Shown here piece after piece: positions 1 to 10,518 of a stretch of DNA of 64,000 nt. How positions within the stretch are numbered: the first letter of the stretch is position 1; each line of letters opens with the position of its first letter. Under the pieces are notes generated by a model, which worked only from the letters and a program-made list of their open reading frames with translations, was not told the DNA's origin and ran no database searches. A program made the position numbers and the translations under genes. Source of the DNA: Flavobacteriales bacterium (GTDB lineage: Bacteria; Bacteroidota; Bacteroidia; Flavobacteriales_F; PHOS-HE28); contig JADKCV010000002.1 in assembly GCA_016718655.1 (NCBI GenBank), positions 87,803 to 151,802 of the forward strand, in the 5' to 3' direction.

Positions 1-1
1 C

Positions 2-2647
2 TTCCAAGAGCTGGAACCACTTTCCACCACCACCGGGTTCCCAGGACTCGTGGAGGACATCAATGAGGTCCTGGTGGATAGCATACCGATGGAGGAACGC
101 CTCGTCTCTGTTCGTGCCTTGATCGATACCGCTCAAGGGAATGTGGCCACCCGAACGTTCACCACGGTGATGAGCACCGGAAGAACACAACTGGATGCCT
201 TGACCGCTGCTGCGCTCGGCACACGCGAGGCACAAGCCACAGCTGCGCGCTTGAGCGATACCGGACGCCGGACCTTCACCCAGGTGATGGAGACCGTGAC
301 CGGCTTGCGTGAAGCGGATCTCACAGCAGGGTCCTTCCCGTGGTTCACCGACCCGAACGAAACGCTGGCCAACTCCCGCGCGACTGAAGTGGATCCCTAT
401 AACCCGGGCCGCACGGGCACCTTGATCAGACAATATGAATCCCGACCGGCGGATGGATTCCTGATCAATAGCCCGTTCCCCGATATCCGCCTTTCGGGCC
501 TGCCCTTCACCTTTTGCGTGGTGCCGAACCCGATCGTCAAAGCCCTGCGTATGACCGCTGAAGTGCAATTGTGGAAGATCCATAACTGCATGAACATCGC
601 CGGTATGGTGCGCGAGTTGGACCCCTTCGCCGCACCCACCGACAGCACCACAGGTATACCGGTGATCGGACCGGGCGGCACGCTCAGCATCCCCACCGGC
701 CGGCAACTGCCACCGAGCTCCTATCGCTACCGCGTGATCGTGGACCGGGCCAAACAACTGGTCGGGATGGCCCAGCAGGTGGAGGCCGCCTTCCTGGCAA
801 CCTTGGAGAAACTGGACGCCGAACGCTACTCGCAATTGCGCGCGGAGCAGGACATCGAAAGCACCAAGGCCAATGTGAAATTGCAGGACCTGAAGATCAA
901 TGAGGCGAACAATGGAGTGAAACTGGCCGAGCTGCAAAAGGAGCGGGCGCAGATCCAGTTCGATCACTTCGATGAGCTGCTGGAGCGGGGGAACAGTGCA
1001 CTAGAGATCGCGGCGTTTTCGGCACTATCGACGTCCGTGGCCATCCAAATAGCCACATCAATAGCGTATGTAGCATCGGGGGCACTCAAAGCTACCTCGC
1101 TTATATCCGCAATGGACGCTCAAAGTGAATTTGCTAAGGCACTCGATTCCTTGGCGGGTTCATTCTCGTCCTCATCGAATTTGTTGCAGCTCTTCGCCTC
1201 CTTCGAGCGCCGAAGAGAGGACTGGGAGTTCCAAAAATCGTTGGCCAACCAGGACCTTAAGATCGGCCAACAAGGCATCGTGCTCGCCCAGGATCGCGTG
1301 CGCATCGTTGGCCAGGAGCGTACCATAGCCGTGTTGCAAGGCGACCACGCCAGGGCCACCATGGATTTCCTGAAGAACAAATTCACCAGCGCCGAACTGT
1401 ACGAATGGATGAGCGGAGTGCTCGAGGATGTCTATGCCTACTTCCTTCAGGAGGCCACGGCCATGGCCCTGCTCGCGCAACGGCAACTCTCCTTCGAGCG
1501 CCAACTCGACCTGCCACCCTTCATCCGCACCGATTATTGGGTGGTGGACGCCGGCAGCATGGGTGGTGTGAGCCTGACCGGAGAAGGTGCAGTGGACCGG
1601 CGGGGCATCACTGGCAGCACCCGGCTGTTGAAGGACCTGTACGAGCTCGACCAGTACGCCTTCAGCACCAACACGCCGAAGTTGCAAATGAGTAAAACCC
1701 TCTCCCTCAATGAGATCGCACCTGAAGAGTTGATGGCGTTGCGTGACCGTGGGGTGGCCAACTTCCGAACCACGCAGGACCTGTTCGACCGCGACTATCC
1801 GGGCCAGTACCTGCGCCTGATCAAAAAGGTCAACGTGACCGTGATCGCGCTCAACCCGCCCACCAAAGGGATCAAAGCCACGCTGACCAATGGCGGTGTG
1901 TCCCGCGTGATCACCGGGGGAACGATATTCCAGGAGCGCATCATCAACCGGCTTCCCGAACAGATCGCGTTGAGCGGTGGTGTCAACGACCAAGGCGCGT
2001 TCCAATTGCGCGGAGAAGGCGAATTCCTCGACCCCTTCGAGGGAACCGGTGTGGATACACTGTGGGAGTTCCGTATGGAGAAAGCCGCCAATCCCTTCGA
2101 CTATGGCAGCATCGCTGATGTACTGCTCTCGATCGAGTACGAAGCGCTCAGCAGTTTCACCTATCGGCAAAGTGTGGTGCAGCGCCTGAACAGCGAGCCA
2201 TTGAGCGCCAACTTGGCCATCAGCTTCAAGAACAACCTGCCGGACCAGTGGTTCGACCTGCATAGTCCGGCACAGGTGGCACTGCCGTTCACAGTGGATC
2301 TCAGTGTGAACGCCCGCGACCTCGCCCCCAACATCAATGGGCCCAAGACCATCCAACACGTCGCCATCTACTTCCTGATGAAGAACGGGGAACTCTTCGA
2401 TCAGGTGGTCGCGCTCGGGTTCAACGGTGCGCCGGGCTACGAGGCGTTACCGAACGAGAACCTCATCTCCACACGCTTGAACGCACAAGGCTTTGTGAGC
2501 CTGCAAGGTCTGGCCGGACCTGAAGGACCCTGGACCCTGCGGTTACAGGACACCGCACGCACACGTGCATTGATGGCGGAGGACCTGGTAGAGGACATCC
2601 TGTTGGTGATCAACTATGGTGGTGAAACGGCACCTTACTCCAACTGA
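2..2647 (+). CDS. TcA-like toxin-complex A subunit, C-terminal ~880 aa (5'-truncated by window edge; in-frame with no stop back to nt 2)
   Basis: Open reading frame with no stop continues upstream of nt 50 to the window edge. Residues ~330-370 form a long hydrophobic helix pair (EIAAFSALSTSVAIQIATSIAYVASGALKATSLISAM) about 500 aa from the C-terminus, the position where TcA pore-forming helices carry their transmembrane tip. The remainder is alpha-helical and ends in a domain that could dock TcB. It lies immediately upstream of a fused TcB-TcC gene in the same orientation. Confidence 0.55.
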   Translation, partial: FQELEPLSTTTGFPGLVEDINEVLVDSIPMEERLVSVRALIDTAQGNVATRTFTTVMSTGRTQLDALTAAALGTREAQATAARLSDTGRRTFTQVMETVTGLREADLTAGSFPWFTDPNETLANSRATEVDPYNPGRTGTLIRQYESRPADGFLINSPFPDIRLSGLPFTFCVVPNPIVKALRMTAEVQLWKIHNCMNIAGMVRELDPFAAPTDSTTGIPVIGPGGTLSIPTGRQLPPSSYRYRVIVDRAKQLVGMAQQVEAAFLATLEKLDAERYSQLRAEQDIESTKANVKLQDLKINEANNGVKLAELQKERAQIQFDHFDELLERGNSALEIAAFSALSTSVAIQIATSIAYVASGALKATSLISAMDAQSEFAKALDSLAGSFSSSSNLLQLFASFERRREDWEFQKSLANQDLKIGQQGIVLAQDRVRIVGQERTIAVLQGDHARATMDFLKNKFTSAELYEWMSGVLEDVYAYFLQEATAMALLAQRQLSFERQLDLPPFIRTDYWVVDAGSMGGVSLTGEGAVDRRGITGSTRLLKDLYELDQYAFSTNTPKLQMSKTLSLNEIAPEELMALRDRGVANFRTTQDLFDRDYPGQYLRLIKKVNVTVIALNPPTKGIKATLTNGGVSRVITGGTIFQERIINRLPEQIALSGGVNDQGAFQLRGEGEFLDPFEGTGVDTLWEFRMEKAANPFDYGSIADVLLSIEYEALSSFTYRQSVVQRLNSEPLSANLAISFKNNLPDQWFDLHSPAQVALPFTVDLSVNARDLAPNINGPKTIQHVAIYFLMKNGELFDQVVALGFNGAPGYEALPNENLISTRLNAQGFVSLQGLAGPEGPWTLRLQDTARTRALMAEDLVEDILLVINYGGETAPYSN

Positions 2648-2654
2648 GCACGCC

Positions 2655-3002
2655 ATGCGCATCACTCACAGAACATTGCTACTTGTTGCCTGGTTGTGCA
2701 GTATAGGCCTGCTTCGTGTACATGGTCAAACTTCAGCGCATCCTGCGGGGAGCGCTGAAGTAATGCTCGTCGATGTATTGATCGGCGCGAGTAAAATCCT
2801 TGTCATACCGCCAAGTGGAACGACCGAGGAGGTGATCATCCCGCAAAAAGGTTTGCCTGTGTGGGATGCTCATATTGCCATGGACAAGGCCATGAGGGAT
2901 CTGTTCCAGAGGCTTTACAATGACGGTTGGACCATCGAAAGCGAGCAGGATTACTCTGTCGGCAACCGGACGATCTACATTCTGAAGCGCTACCCCCGAT
3001 AG
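2655..3002 (+). CDS. small secreted protein (N-terminal signal peptide), Tc-locus accessory ORF
   Basis: ATG at 2655. N-terminus MRITHRTLLLVAWLCSIGLLRVHG is signal-peptide-like. The stop TAG at 3000-3002 abuts the ATG of the TcB-TcC gene at 3003, suggesting translational coupling. No recognisable domain. Confidence 0.45.
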   Translation: MRITHRTLLLVAWLCSIGLLRVHGQTSAHPAGSAEVMLVDVLIGASKILVIPPSGTTEEVIIPQKGLPVWDAHIAMDKAMRDLFQRLYNDGWTIESEQDYSVGNRTIYILKRYPR

Positions 3003-6000
3003 ATGTCCCAAGAACAGAAATCCGCCCTCGGCTCCAACGTCATCTCCCTTCCCAAAGGAGGCGGCGCGGTGGCGGGCATGGGCGAGAGCTTCTCGCCGGA
3101 CCTGTTCACGGGCACAGGCAACTTCAGTGTGCCCATCGCTGTGCCGCCGGGGCGCAACGGACTGCAGCCGAGCCTAACGGTGGGTTACAGCACCGGCAGT
3201 GGCAATGGGCCTTTCGGACTGGGGTGGAACATGAGCCTGCCGGGCGTGGCACGCAAGACCAACCTGGGCATACCGCGCTACGACGATACCAAGGACGTGT
3301 TCGTGCTCAGCGGTGCCGAGGACCTGATCCCGGTGGAGCGCGGGCAGGAGGTGGTGGAAGGTGTCGCACACATATGGATGCGCTACCAGCCGCGCACTGA
3401 AGGCCTCTTCGCACGCATCATCCACCACACCTACAGCGACGGACGCGATTTCTGGGAGGTGCGCACCAAGGATGGCATGGTCACTTGGTACGGCAACCCC
3501 GATGCCATCGGCGCCAACAACACCACGCTCTTCGACCCCGAGAACCAGCGCCACATCGCGCAGTGGAGCATCTTCCGCACGGTGGATCCTTTTGGCAACG
3601 AGGTGGTGTACTCGTACGAGCGGGAGGTGCAGCTCAGCCCCTACCCCTTCGCGCAGCTCTACCTGAAGCGCATCACCTACGCGGACTACACGCACAACGA
3701 CATCAAGCGCCACTTCTGCTCGGTGGAACTGGACTACAGCGAGCGGCCCGATCCACACAGCGAGTACCGGCAAGGGTTCGAGATACGCACCACGCGGCGG
3801 TGTACTGCGGTGCGCACCTTCACGCATCCGCTGGATGGCGACATGCCCGCCGGACATGCGCCGAGCGGGAACGATGACAACACCGTGGCGGTGAAGAGCT
3901 ATGTGCTCACCTACCGTGACGAGTTGGGCCACGAGGCCCACAACAAGGTGAGCCAGCTGGCCCAGGTGCAGGCCACCGGGCATGACCGCGCCAGTGATGG
4001 CACGCCCATCACCGAGAGCCTGCCGCCTGTTGAGTTCGAGTACCAAGACTTTGACATCACCAAGCGCGACCTGCGGCCCATCAAGGGTGAGCACCTGCCC
4101 GCGCTGGGGCTGAACCACCCGGACATGGACCTGGTGGACCTGGACGGCAACGGCCTGCCAGACTTCGTGCAGATGAGCGCCGGGCAGCCCATCCGCTACT
4201 GGAGCAACAAGGGCGATGGCGCGTTCGCACTACCGCGCACCATGCGCAATGCCCCCACCGGACTGGCCCTGGGCAGCGAGGCTGTGCAACTGATGGACGC
4301 CGACGGCGATGGCCGGGTGGACCTGGTGATGAACGCCGCCAACTTCGCCGGGTACTACAGCCTGAACCACGACGGCGAGTGGGATAAGGACAGTTTCCGC
4401 AAGTACGACACGCGTCCTCCGGTGAACCTGCAAAGCACGCAGGCCCAGTTCATGGACCTCAGCGGCGATGGGCGTACCGATGTGCTGATCAACGCGGACC
4501 GTTTCATCTGCTATTTCCAGAACTCGCCGTTGCTGGACACCAACCGCAACTTCGACGGACTGCAGTTCGAGAGCCGGGCCATCGGCTGGAGCGAAGCGCG
4601 TTTCGTGAACAAAGCCGGGCTCGACGACTTCCCCAACGTGAACTTCGGGGATCCGCGCATCCGCACGGCGGACATGAGCGGCGATGGGCTGGCGGACATC
4701 GTGCAGATCCACGACGGCGGCATCAGCTACTGGCCCAACCTCGGCTATGGGCGCTTCGGCAAGCGCAGGCTGATGCGCAACAGTCCACGCCTGGGCTACG
4801 GCTTCAACCCCGCGCAACTGATCCTGGGCGATGCCGATGGCGATGGTCAGACCGATGTGATCTACGTGGAACGCAACCAGATCACCATCTGGTTCAACCA
4901 GAGCGGCAACGGCTTCAGCGATCCGGTGACCATCCAAGGCACACCTTCGTTCACCAACCGCGACAGTGTGCGCATGGTGGATCTGTTCGGCACGGGCACG
5001 CCGGGCATCCTGTGGAGCTACGAACTCGGCGCTCCCGGCGCTCCGCTCGGGGCACGCATGATGTACCTGGACCTGACCGGCGGCGTGAAGCCCTACGTGA
5101 TGGTGGGCATGCGCAACAACCTGGGCGCCCGTACCCGGGTGCAGTACGGCACGTCCACCGCGCACTATCTGCGGGACACCTACCGCCGCCCCATGCGCGA
5201 TGAGGCCTACGACCAACTGGGCGAGTTCGTGGGTTACGCGGGCAAATGGAAGACCACGTTGCCCTTCCCCACCCAGGTGGTGGACCGCGTGGAGGTGATC
5301 GACGAGATCAGCAAGGGCAAGCTTACCACGCGCTACTTCTACCACCACGGCTATTGGGACGGTGGCGAGCGCGAGTTCCGCGGTTTTGGGCGCGTGGACC
5401 AGTTCGATACTGAGACCTTCGAGGCCTACAACACCGACAGCCTGATCCTGGAGGCCGATCCGCTCGGCTCACCCGTACCGCTGGGGGTGAGCGCCGAGCA
5501 CTACGCACCGCCCGTTCTGGCCAAGAACTGGTTCCACTTGGGGCCCGTGGGTGCGGAGAAGGGCGATTGGAAGGAGGTGGACTTCGCCAACGAATACTGG
5601 AGCGGCGATACGAACATACTGGAGCGCGATCCGGCCATGCTGCAGATGATCGCCGGGCTGCCCCGCCGTGCGCGGCGCGATGCCTTCCGCACCCTGCGCG
5701 GCACCGCCCTGCGCAGCGAGCTGTACGCCATGGATGGCACCCCGCTGGCCAGTCGCCCCTACACGGTGAGCGAAACCCAGACGGGCCTGCGCCTGGTGGA
5801 CGGTCCGAACACCAACGCCACCATCAAGGCCCTCGCCGTACAGACGCACAGCAACCACATCTTCTTCAGCTTCGGGCTCAGCAGCCGCAGCACCACGTGG
5901 GAACGCGGCACCGACCCCATGACCAAGTTCTCCTTCACCGGAGGGATCGATGCGTACGGACAGCCGCTGAGCCAGATCAGCATCGCCGTGCCAAGGGGCA

Positions 6001-9000
6001 AGGATCCGCGCACGGGCGGGGAACTACAGGGGCATTCGGGTGACTACGATCCCGCGCGCGGCTACGATGCTACGATCCAGTACACCACGTACATCTACGT
6101 CGATCCTCGCATCGATCCGATCAGCGCGGTGGAAGGGGCCATCGCTCCGACCTTTCCGGGGCAATACGTGGTGGACCGCGCCAAACAAGCGCGGAGCTAT
6201 GAGGCGGTGAACGACGGGAGTATGAGCGTATTCGCCTTGCGCGATGAGCTGCTGCGGCCGCGCGATGAATGGAGCATCGCCACGCCGTGCCTGCTCGCCT
6301 TGGGCAATACGTACTACGATGGCGTCGCATTCGACGGGGACGACTTCGGCAAGCTGGGCGCCTACGGCGTGCCGGTGCGCACCGAAGCGCTCATGGTGCA
6401 GCCGGAAGAACTGGATGCGGTGTACGGCGACGGTCTGGGCGACCACCCTGCGCCCTTCTACAACACCGGCACCGCGCCGGACTGGAGCACGCTGCCCGCC
6501 GACTTCGTGAGCGCCTTGCAGCATGAACACTGCGGATACATGTACCACGGCGCAGGTGGCGCGTTCGGCGAAGACTACGTGGCAGGTTATTACACCAGCG
6601 CCCAGCGGACCCGCTTCGATTTCCACGATGACCCCGGCACCGCGAAGGGCCTGCCCGTGGCCATGCGCGATGTGTTCGATCACGAAGCCAGCATCGAATA
6701 CGACGACTACCAGTTGCTGCCCGTGAAGGTGACCGACCCGGTGGGCATGGAGACCACTTCGGAGTATGACTACCGCGTGCTGCAACCATCACGCGTCACC
6801 GACCCGAACGAGAATAGCAGCGCCTTCGCCTTCACGCCCCTCGGCCTGATGCACAGGACCGCCCTGCTCGGGAAGGACCAGGGGACCGAAGGCGATACGC
6901 TCGACGATCCCGGCGTGCTGCTCGAATACGACCTCTTCGCCTTCAAGAACAGCGGCACACCCGTGTGGGTGAAGACCACACAACGCGTGCACCACATCAA
7001 TGCCGACTACCTAGAAGAGATCGGCCAGGTGGCTGCTGCGGAAACCATCATCGCGGTGGAATACAGCGATGGTTTCGGAAGGCAGTTGCAGACCCGCACA
7101 CAGGCGGAGGACCTGTTGTTCGGCGTGGACTTCGCCAACGGTGCTGTGCTCGGTGACGGTGGCCTCCCTGCGGACCAAACGGCAAACAACGCCCCCGCCA
7201 TAGGCGTGATGCGCGATGCCAACGCCCCCCTGAACGTGGTGGTGAGCGGCGCCAAGCGCTACAACAACAAGGGCAAGGTGGTGGAGCAGTTGGAGCCCTA
7301 CTTCGGAAGCGGTTTCGCGCTCTCGAGCCCTGAGGTTCTCGAAGGGCTCGAAGGGCTCGAAGCGCCGGGGCAACGCGTGCGCATCTACTACGACGCCCTC
7401 GGCCGCCCGCAGCGCACCGTGAACCCGGACAACACCGAACAGCAGGTGGTGTACGGCGTACCGAACCTCCTGAACACGCCCGGAAGTTTCTCCCCTTCGC
7501 CGTGGGAGCGCTTCACCTACGATGCCAACGACCTGGCGCCGATCACCCATCCCGGCAATACGCTCTCCGCCTCCCACCACTGGACGCCCAAGAGCGAACT
7601 GATCGATGCTTTGGGAAGGACCGTGCGGACGGTGGAGCACATCACGCAGCTCAGCCCGGCCGGCGCTGATGACACCCAGGTGCGCGCTGATGACGTGGTG
7701 ATGACGTACCGCTACGACATCAAAGGCCAGCTGCTGGAAGTGCGCGACCCGCTTGACCGCGCGTGCTTCACCCATAAATACGACACCGCCGGGAATAACC
7801 TCTGGACCGAGCACCTGGACAGTGGCGCGAAGACCCTGGTGGTGGATGCGCAGGGCAAGCCGATCTACAGCAGCGATGCGAAGGACGCAGCGGTGTACAC
7901 GGCATACGATACCCTGAACCGCCCAACGGACATCTGGGCGCGGGACAAGGGCGGTGAGGACATCACCCTGCGGCAGCACATGGTGTTTGGCGATGCGGCC
8001 CACCCCGACCCGCTGCCCGGCAACCACCAGGGCAAGCTGTGGAAGCACTACGACGAGGCGGGCCTGGCCACCATCACCGCGTACGACTTCAAAGGCAACC
8101 CATTGGAGAAAGTGCGGCAGGTGGTTGCCGATAGTGAACTCACCGGCGCCAATAAGTACGTGGTGGAATGGACCGGAATGGCCGTGCCGCTGGATGCGAA
8201 GGAGTACGTGACCGGCTTGTTGTACGATGGCCTCAACCGCGTGCGTAAGAGCGTCTACCCGGAAGATGTGGATAGCGCCCGCAAGGAACTGATCCCGACC
8301 TACAACCGGGCGGGTGCCTTGCAGGCCATCACCTTCGATGGCACGGACTACGTACGGCACATCGCCTACAACGCCAAAGGACAGCGGGTGCTGCTGGCCA
8401 TGGGCCTGCCTGCCGGACAGGTAGGCAATGGGATGATGACACGGTATGCGTATGACCCCGTAACCTATCGGCTGCAGCGGATCAAGTCCGAGAAGTACAC
8501 CCAGAGTGGCGAGACCTACACGCCGGACGGCCATGTGCAACAGGACCTGGGCTACCTTTATGATCTGGTGGGCAACATCATCGGCATGCGGGACAAGGCC
8601 CCTGCGACCGGCAGCGCGAAAGGCCCTGGCGATCTGCTGAAGCAGTTCGCCTATGATCCGTTGAACCGCCTGCTCACGGCCACCGGACGCGAAAGCACCC
8701 AAGCCCCCGTGTTGCCTGAATGGGATACGAGCATCCGCAACCACGACCACACCGCCACCAACACTTACACGCGCGCTTACCAGTTCGATAAGCTCGGGAA
8801 TGTGCAGCAAGAACAGCACACCGCCGATGGCAACCCCAGCAACAGCTTCACCAAGACCTTCGCTTACCACGCCACGCAGGAGCACAACAAGCTCTTGAGC
8901 TTCACGGTGGGTGGTACCACCTACGAACAGACCTACGACGCCAATGGCAACCTCATCGGCGACGATACCAGTCGCGTGTATGCCTGGGGCTACGAAGACA

Positions 9001-10505
9001 AGCTGCGCTTTTTCTCCCTTATTCCCGGCCCCAGTAGTAGTAAGATCGCCCACTATCTCTACGATGCAGCAGGCTCCCGCATCAAGAAAGTGGTGAACAA
9101 GCCCTTCGGCAAGCAGGAAGTGACCATCTACATCGACGGGGTCTTCGAGCACAGCTACACCAAGGACAGTGGCACACTCGATACCACACGCAACTACAAC
9201 ACGCTGCATGTGATGGATGGGCGTAGTCGCGTCGCAAGTGCACAGGTCGGCACCGATGCCGATGAGCCGACCAACTACCCCGCCATCCGCTACAACCTGG
9301 AGGACCACCTGGGCACCTCAAGCGTCGAACTGGAGGGCGACGGATCGCTCATCAACCGGGAGGAGTATTATCCCTTCGGCGACACCAGCTTCGGTGCATT
9401 TGCGAAGAAGCGATACCGCTATGTGGGCAAGGAGAAGGACGGCGAGAGCGGGCTGTACTACTACGGCGCGCGGTACTATGCGCCGTGGACGTGCCGGTTC
9501 GTGAGCGTGGATCCGTTGGCGCATGACTACCCATATCTCACCCCATATAACTACGCGGGCAACAAGCCGATAGGGGATCTGGATATAGATGGGATGCAGG
9601 GGACGGGAGACCCGCCCGTGAAAGAGGATTCGAGGGTTCAGGCGGACGGGAAGGATGTAATGAATGCGCCGAGGGCCGGTATCAAAGATGCCAAGTACGA
9701 GATCTCAAATCTTCCCAGTGATCCAGCACCAGGTCAGGTAGCGTCTTACCACTATACGGAAAAGGGGGACTCTGGTATCCACCAAGTGGATTGGGTCTAT
9801 GACCAAGAGGCAGACAAGTGGGGCGCTACATATCACTACGGATGGGACATGGCCGGGACCAACACCGTGATGCCTCCGAGTATCCAAGCAGAACACACGC
9901 CCAGCGCTGCGCAGCGTGATGGGACACACGTAGAAGGAGGGGGCGACACGACTAGTTCGAGTGCGTTAGAAAAGGTTGCCAGTGCGAGTGAGGCAGTCGC
10001 CAAGGCGGTCGCCGAGAATGAGAAATACGCCGCCCCAGTCGCACTCATTTCTGAGGCGCTTTCTGATGGATTGAAGGAGGCTGCTGACCGATTGCCACAT
10101 CCACCGGACAACAAGGTTCCATGGAACATTAACAAGTTCAATGAAGAGTACGTCCGCAAGGCCAACCCTCAGAACAATAGGTTAATCACGCTAGGCAAGC
10201 TAAAGCAGTCATGGGCTAAGGCACTCGCGCCTGCTGCACGCCTGATCAACAAGGTTGCGCCAGTGATCGGTGGTGTCGCCACCCTATACGATTCTTTGAA
10301 GGATGGGAAGGTATCTGCTGGTGACGTAGTACGTGTTGGTCTATTCGCAGTTGGTGTTGCCGTTCCGGTGTTCGGATTGGCGCTTGGTGCCGCCGATGTG
10401 ATTGGGGAGTACTTCTTCGGCAAGAGCCTGACTGGGAAAATTGCCGAGTCAATTGATTCGTTCAAACTACCCACGTTGGATATCAGTGGTCTGAAATTCT
10501 GGTAG
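3003..10505 (+). CDS. fused TcB-TcC toxin-complex protein: SpvB domain, FG-GAP/integrin-like beta-propeller, RHS/YD-repeat cocoon, RHS core, C-terminal hypervariable toxin domain
   Basis: N-terminal SpvB signature (GGGAVAGMGESFSPDLFTGTGNFSVPI...GLGWNMSLPGVARKT). Repeated Dx[DN]GDGxxD[LI]V motifs (VDLDGNGLPDFV, MDADGDGRVDLV, MDLSGDGRTDVL, ADMSGDGLADIV, LGDADGDGQTDVIYV). More than 15 YD/RHS repeats (YDALGRPQRTVNPD, YRYDIKGQLLEVRDPLDRACFTHKYDTAGN, YDGLNRVRKSVYP, YAYDPVTYRLQRI, YLYDLVGNIIGMRD, FAYDPLNRLLTA, YDANGNLIG). RHS-associated core GARYYAPWTCRFVSVDPLA...YNYAGNKPIGDLDIDGM with both conserved Asp positions present. It is followed by ~300 aa of unrelated lower-GC sequence. Confidence 0.85.
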   Translation: MSQEQKSALGSNVISLPKGGGAVAGMGESFSPDLFTGTGNFSVPIAVPPGRNGLQPSLTVGYSTGSGNGPFGLGWNMSLPGVARKTNLGIPRYDDTKDVFVLSGAEDLIPVERGQEVVEGVAHIWMRYQPRTEGLFARIIHHTYSDGRDFWEVRTKDGMVTWYGNPDAIGANNTTLFDPENQRHIAQWSIFRTVDPFGNEVVYSYEREVQLSPYPFAQLYLKRITYADYTHNDIKRHFCSVELDYSERPDPHSEYRQGFEIRTTRRCTAVRTFTHPLDGDMPAGHAPSGNDDNTVAVKSYVLTYRDELGHEAHNKVSQLAQVQATGHDRASDGTPITESLPPVEFEYQDFDITKRDLRPIKGEHLPALGLNHPDMDLVDLDGNGLPDFVQMSAGQPIRYWSNKGDGAFALPRTMRNAPTGLALGSEAVQLMDADGDGRVDLVMNAANFAGYYSLNHDGEWDKDSFRKYDTRPPVNLQSTQAQFMDLSGDGRTDVLINADRFICYFQNSPLLDTNRNFDGLQFESRAIGWSEARFVNKAGLDDFPNVNFGDPRIRTADMSGDGLADIVQIHDGGISYWPNLGYGRFGKRRLMRNSPRLGYGFNPAQLILGDADGDGQTDVIYVERNQITIWFNQSGNGFSDPVTIQGTPSFTNRDSVRMVDLFGTGTPGILWSYELGAPGAPLGARMMYLDLTGGVKPYVMVGMRNNLGARTRVQYGTSTAHYLRDTYRRPMRDEAYDQLGEFVGYAGKWKTTLPFPTQVVDRVEVIDEISKGKLTTRYFYHHGYWDGGEREFRGFGRVDQFDTETFEAYNTDSLILEADPLGSPVPLGVSAEHYAPPVLAKNWFHLGPVGAEKGDWKEVDFANEYWSGDTNILERDPAMLQMIAGLPRRARRDAFRTLRGTALRSELYAMDGTPLASRPYTVSETQTGLRLVDGPNTNATIKALAVQTHSNHIFFSFGLSSRSTTWERGTDPMTKFSFTGGIDAYGQPLSQISIAVPRGKDPRTGGELQGHSGDYDPARGYDATIQYTTYIYVDPRIDPISAVEGAIAPTFPGQYVVDRAKQARSYEAVNDGSMSVFALRDELLRPRDEWSIATPCLLALGNTYYDGVAFDGDDFGKLGAYGVPVRTEALMVQPEELDAVYGDGLGDHPAPFYNTGTAPDWSTLPADFVSALQHEHCGYMYHGAGGAFGEDYVAGYYTSAQRTRFDFHDDPGTAKGLPVAMRDVFDHEASIEYDDYQLLPVKVTDPVGMETTSEYDYRVLQPSRVTDPNENSSAFAFTPLGLMHRTALLGKDQGTEGDTLDDPGVLLEYDLFAFKNSGTPVWVKTTQRVHHINADYLEEIGQVAAAETIIAVEYSDGFGRQLQTRTQAEDLLFGVDFANGAVLGDGGLPADQTANNAPAIGVMRDANAPLNVVVSGAKRYNNKGKVVEQLEPYFGSGFALSSPEVLEGLEGLEAPGQRVRIYYDALGRPQRTVNPDNTEQQVVYGVPNLLNTPGSFSPSPWERFTYDANDLAPITHPGNTLSASHHWTPKSELIDALGRTVRTVEHITQLSPAGADDTQVRADDVVMTYRYDIKGQLLEVRDPLDRACFTHKYDTAGNNLWTEHLDSGAKTLVVDAQGKPIYSSDAKDAAVYTAYDTLNRPTDIWARDKGGEDITLRQHMVFGDAAHPDPLPGNHQGKLWKHYDEAGLATITAYDFKGNPLEKVRQVVADSELTGANKYVVEWTGMAVPLDAKEYVTGLLYDGLNRVRKSVYPEDVDSARKELIPTYNRAGALQAITFDGTDYVRHIAYNAKGQRVLLAMGLPAGQVGNGMMTRYAYDPVTYRLQRIKSEKYTQSGETYTPDGHVQQDLGYLYDLVGNIIGMRDKAPATGSAKGPGDLLKQFAYDPLNRLLTATGRESTQAPVLPEWDTSIRNHDHTATNTYTRAYQFDKLGNVQQEQHTADGNPSNSFTKTFAYHATQEHNKLLSFTVGGTTYEQTYDANGNLIGDDTSRVYAWGYEDKLRFFSLIPGPSSSKIAHYLYDAAGSRIKKVVNKPFGKQEVTIYIDGVFEHSYTKDSGTLDTTRNYNTLHVMDGRSRVASAQVGTDADEPTNYPAIRYNLEDHLGTSSVELEGDGSLINREEYYPFGDTSFGAFAKKRYRYVGKEKDGESGLYYYGARYYAPWTCRFVSVDPLAHDYPYLTPYNYAGNKPIGDLDIDGMQGTGDPPVKEDSRVQADGKDVMNAPRAGIKDAKYEISNLPSDPAPGQVASYHYTEKGDSGIHQVDWVYDQEADKWGATYHYGWDMAGTNTVMPPSIQAEHTPSAAQRDGTHVEGGGDTTSSSALEKVASASEAVAKAVAENEKYAAPVALISEALSDGLKEAADRLPHPPDNKVPWNINKFNEEYVRKANPQNNRLITLGKLKQSWAKALAPAARLINKVAPVIGGVATLYDSLKDGKVSAGDVVRVGLFAVGVAVPVFGLALGAADVIGEYFFGKSLTGKIAESIDSFKLPTLDISGLKFW

Positions 10506-10518
10506 CTCCAGCTCCTAC

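Noticed and set aside
3174-9308. Long minus-strand ORFs inside the TcB-TcC gene (3174..4118, 4230..5348, 6024..6785, 7011..9308)
   Set aside because: Antisense to a gene with strong domain evidence. They are typical stop-poor shadow ORFs of >65% GC DNA and their products are low-complexity and Arg/Ala/Gly/His-rich.
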